This document shows, in pieces, positions 60,540 through 64,000 of a DNA stretch of 64,000 nucleotides (position 1 is its first letter; each line of letters begins with the position of its first letter). The notes beneath the pieces are model-generated. The model saw only the letters and a list, made by a program, of their open reading frames with translations, was not told the DNA's origin and searched no databases. This DNA comes from an uncultured delta proteobacterium. Lineage in GTDB: Bacteria; Desulfobacterota; RBG-13-43-22. Position numbers and translations under genes: made by a program. The DNA is taken from positions 64,001 through 128,000 of the forward strand of contig CAWBOS010000010.1 in the NCBI GenBank assembly GCA_963790475.1, written 5' to 3'.

Positions 60540-61979
60540 TTACCCCCGATCCCCGACCACCCTTTTCAATTCTTCCAGAATGTTGGTCATGCTATTGGCC
60601 TGGGCGGTTATCTCTTGAGCCACAGAGGCAGACTCCTGGGCGCTGGAAGCGTTGATCTGAGAGGTCCTGCTGATTTCTCCTATGGCGATGTTGATCTGTT
60701 CAATCCCTTGGGCTTGTTTCTGGGCAACCTGAGAAGCCGTGCCGCTAAATCCAGTGATAGGAGTACTGGCATCTCCGTAAGCGATGAAACTTCCCAGACT
60801 GGCTCTCACCAGTTCATCTCCCCTATTGATAAGACGAACAGTCTCTTCGATGAGGGCGCTGGTGTTCTTTGACGCTTCGGTGGAACGCATAGCCAGGTTT
60901 CGAACCTCCTGGGCAACTACCGAGAAACCGATACCGACCTCATTGGTCTGGGCGGCCTCTATCGAGGCGCTTAGGGCCAGGAGGTTGGTCTGAAAGGCGA
61001 TTTCACTGATTGTTTTGACGATCTTGTAGGTCTCTTCGCTCGAAACCTTGATCTCCTTCATCGCCTTCTTCGCCTGTCTAAATTTTTCAAAAGCCTCCAT
61101 TCCCAAAACGCTGGATTCTTCCGAAATAATTTTTAAACTATCGACATCTTCATTATTTCTCTGGATAATGGAGGCGAGTTCCTCCGTTACGGAAGAAGTC
61201 TCCTCCACCGCAGCTGCTTGTATCGAGGTCCCACCGGCAAGCTGATTACTTGATGAGGCAATCTGCTCGGATGTGGCAGCAAACTGGGAGCAAGTCTCGG
61301 AAAGATTCCTGATGCAGTGATAGACCGGCTTGGTGATTGAGCCGGCGAAAAAAAATCCGAAGAGGAGGGCGATCACGATCCCGGCCGCTGTTCCGACTGC
61401 GACCAGGCGTTTTTGCCAAACCTCCAGATCAAGTCCTGTCTGCTTTGCTTTTTCGCTGAGTTTCAGATTAAAGTTCGACAAATCCAGCAGAAGCTTTTCG
61501 GCCTGGCCGAAGGATTCCCTTTCCTTGCCGGCGGAGAGGGCCACCGCTTCGGCGCGTTTCCCTTCTTTCAACAAGTTAATAATTTCATTATGGCTTTTCC
61601 GCCAAGTCTCCCAGGCAGGTTTCAGATTACTCCAAAGGGCCTCTCCTTGCTTCGTGCTGGGCAGAGTCTCATAAACCTTCCTGCTTTTCTCAGCACGATC
61701 CCAGGCTTCGTCAAGCCTCTGGAAAAGACGGCCTCTCTCGGTCTCATCGCTGAAGGACTCCGGGATCAAGAGAGACTGCTTCACCCTCTGAATAGTCTTC
61801 TGGGCCTCGATCATAGTCCCCAGGCAATGAATGGCCGGGAAATGAACCTCGGATACATCCTTCAGTTCGTCGCCCAATTGGGAAATGCCGTATGGTCCCA
61901 GTAAACCGCCGATCAAAAGTATGAAACCCATCAACATGAATCCACCGATTAATTTGGTGCTTAAATTTAACTTTGCCAT
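60540..61979 (-). CDS. Methyl-accepting chemotaxis protein with a divergent hairpin tip
   Basis: TM-4HB-TM architecture; [17 protein letters not shown]. Confidence 0.87.
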   Translation of the reverse strand: MAKLNLSTKLIGGFMLMGFILLIGGLLGPYGISQLGDELKDVSEVHFPAIHCLGTMIEAQKTIQRVKQSLLIPESFSDETERGRLFQRLDEAWDRAEKSRKVYETLPSTKQGEALWSNLKPAWETWRKSHNEIINLLKEGKRAEAVALSAGKERESFGQAEKLLLDLSNFNLKLSEKAKQTGLDLEVWQKRLVAVGTAAGIVIALLFGFFFAGSITKPVYHCIRNLSETCSQFAATSEQIASSSNQLAGGTSIQAAAVEETSSVTEELASIIQRNNEDVDSLKIISEESSVLGMEAFEKFRQAKKAMKEIKVSSEETYKIVKTISEIAFQTNLLALSASIEAAQTNEVGIGFSVVAQEVRNLAMRSTEASKNTSALIEETVRLINRGDELVRASLGSFIAYGDASTPITGFSGTASQVAQKQAQGIEQINIAIGEISRTSQINASSAQESASVAQEITAQANSMTNILEELKRVVGDRG

Positions 61980-61991
61980 TTTTATATCCTT

Positions 61992-63530
61992 TCAAACGGG
62001 AATAGGTGACAAAATTTCCCTTTTCTTTAACAGTGGAAAATGCTTCATCTGGAATTCTCTCTCGTTTTCAGCCAACGGCATTTCGTCCGTTCCCTTGGAA
62101 TTGATGACCGCTGCCAATTCAGAAACGTATCGCTTCATGGCTGTGGATTGGGCGCTCATCTCTTCGGCGGCGGCAGCAGTCTCCTCGGCGCAGGCGGCGT
62201 TTTCCTGATCCACTCTGTTGATTTCTTTTATGGAAATATTGATCCGATCAAAGCCCAGGGCCTGTTCATGAGAGGCTTCCGCTGCCCGGTTGATGGTATC
62301 CACAAACTTGTCGGCAATCGCGCTGAAATCGACGAATTTTGCCGTACTGGTATCGACGAGCTCTACTCCCTTGGAAATGGCCTGAACGGTTCTTTCAATG
62401 AGTGTGCTGGTGTTGTTTGCCGCCCTGGCCGACCTGATGGCCAGATTTCGGACCTCATCGGCAACAACGGCAAAGCCGGCTCCAGCCTCACCCGCCCGGG
62501 CGGCTTCGACCGAAGCGTTGAGGGCCAGCAGGTTGGTCTGAAAGGCGATTTCTTCTATGGTCTTCACCGTCTTTGAAGTTTCCGTGCTTGCCTCCTTGAT
62601 GGCGCTCATCGCTATGGCCGCTTCCTTGATGTTTTTAAGCGTATTTTTACGCACTACTTCCACTTGATCAGTAATCCCCTTGAGCTTGTGTATGAAATCG
62701 TCATGACGCCGGTTGGCGGAAGTGAGTTCTTCAGTCACGGATGATGTTTCTTCAACGGCGGCAGCCTGTTCCGATGTTCCTTCGGCGAGCCGATGACTTG
62801 ACGAAGCAATATGGTCGGAGGCCGTTGTGAACTGTTTAGAAATTTCATTGAGATTTACGGTAATGCGGTTAATCGGCTTGGTAATGGACCGCGTGAAAAA
62901 AATTCCTAAAGCAAGGGCGATCAGGATTCCGACGGCCGAACCGGCTGAGGCCATGGCTTTCTGCCAGAGCTCCAGGGCCAGTCCTGATTTTCTGGCTTCC
63001 TGGCCAAGTTTGAGATTAAGGTCCGATAGATCCAGCAGGATCCTTTCCGCCTGTCCGAAGGATTCCCTGGTTTGACCGACGGACAGGGTCACCGCCTCGT
63101 TGCGTTTCCCATTTCTTAAAAATTGAACAACCTCCTGATGATTTTTCCGCCAGGACTCCCAGGCCGGTTTCAGATTAGTCCAAAGGGTCTCTTCTGCTTT
63201 AGTGCGAGGGAGAGTCTCATAAATCTTCCAACCTTTTTCAGCTCGGGTCCAGGCTTCTCCAAGATTTTGAATCAGTCGCGCTTTCTCGGTCTCGTTGTTC
63301 AGATACTCGGGGGTCAGAAGCGACTGCTCAATCCCCGATATTGTTTGTTGGGCTTCGCTGATGATTTTTAGGCCATTTATTCCCGGAAGGCGAACATCGG
63401 AAAATGTCCTCAGGTTAATACTCATCTGGGAGATGCCGTATGATCCAATAAGGCCTCCGATCAAAAGCATCAGACCCATGACCGTGAATCCACCGATCAA
63501 TTTGGTGGTCAGTTTTAATTCTCTCAACAT
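61992..63530 (-). CDS. Methyl-accepting chemotaxis protein
   Basis: TM-4HB-TM architecture; [34 protein letters not shown]. Confidence 0.93.
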   Translation of the reverse strand: MLRELKLTTKLIGGFTVMGLMLLIGGLIGSYGISQMSINLRTFSDVRLPGINGLKIISEAQQTISGIEQSLLTPEYLNNETEKARLIQNLGEAWTRAEKGWKIYETLPRTKAEETLWTNLKPAWESWRKNHQEVVQFLRNGKRNEAVTLSVGQTRESFGQAERILLDLSDLNLKLGQEARKSGLALELWQKAMASAGSAVGILIALALGIFFTRSITKPINRITVNLNEISKQFTTASDHIASSSHRLAEGTSEQAAAVEETSSVTEELTSANRRHDDFIHKLKGITDQVEVVRKNTLKNIKEAAIAMSAIKEASTETSKTVKTIEEIAFQTNLLALNASVEAARAGEAGAGFAVVADEVRNLAIRSARAANNTSTLIERTVQAISKGVELVDTSTAKFVDFSAIADKFVDTINRAAEASHEQALGFDRINISIKEINRVDQENAACAEETAAAAEEMSAQSTAMKRYVSELAAVINSKGTDEMPLAENEREFQMKHFPLLKKREILSPIPV

Positions 63531-64000
63531 TTAAATTATTCCTTTCGCCTTTTATTTTGTATCTTTCAGGGTTAACATGCACTTTTCATAATCAAAAACA
63601 GGTTGTTACGGAGATGTAGATCCTTCTTTACCTATTCATGGTAATTATCGGCATTTCAGGATAAAAGCTTTAACCTCTTTCAATCGCAACAAACGGTTAA
63701 AAAATAGAAGTATTTTGCTAACTATTTAAAAGAAAAGGAAAAAACAAAAATAGTTTGGATCTTGATCCAAATTTAATTTCAGAATGAGGTCCGGCCAGGG
63801 GGTTTCATAAGGACGGTATTTTGAAAAAGGTCCTTTTTTATAGGTTTTTCATTATATTTTTTTTGACAGTTCGTCCGTTTTCATATAAATATTTCAAGTT
63901 GAATGGCATTTATTGAAAAAGGTAGTTCCATAGAATGACCTCATGAGCGCCTCTAAAGAATTAAACAAACGAATTCAAGTAGATATTGATAGAATCCATT

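Overview
This is a bacterial chromosomal window whose gene content resembles an anaerobic Desulfobacterota/deltaproteobacterium (inference from gene families). A ~35 kb mosaic accessory region (2.3-37.7 kb) lies between rlmB and a housekeeping block (yggS-maf-tatD, fabH, queA-tgt-yajC, dprA-topA). A ~6 kb insert separates topA from trmFO. The right end carries dtd, an SLT, a complete IS, a DsrE-like gene and two MCPs. Main observations: (1) Three genes that the ORF track splits at an in-frame TGA are probably selenoproteins, each with a SECIS-like hairpin: two exported rhodanese paralogues (C-A-U) and a DsbA-like U-P-Y-C protein. (2) One Sec-rhodanese heads a MarR-linked operon with a 7-heme cytochrome c, Rieske protein, cytochrome b and a PCYCGC-type protein; the MarR/rhodanese/Pal module is duplicated. 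(3) Two secreted Gly/Met/His-rich proteins share an 11-bp-periodic operator next to an OmpR-type two-component system, in a region that also encodes CusCBA. (4) Inverted arrays of 7/8/9-mer repeats sit inside conserved operons, and one abuts a four-helix-bundle gene stub. (5) A 121-bp MITE shares its end with the complete IS and carries a REP-like hairpin that also occurs in frame inside tolC. Many accessory genes and dprA are disrupted, while long housekeeping genes are intact. No rRNA, tRNA or CRISPR array was seen, and no selA/selB/selC genes are in the window.
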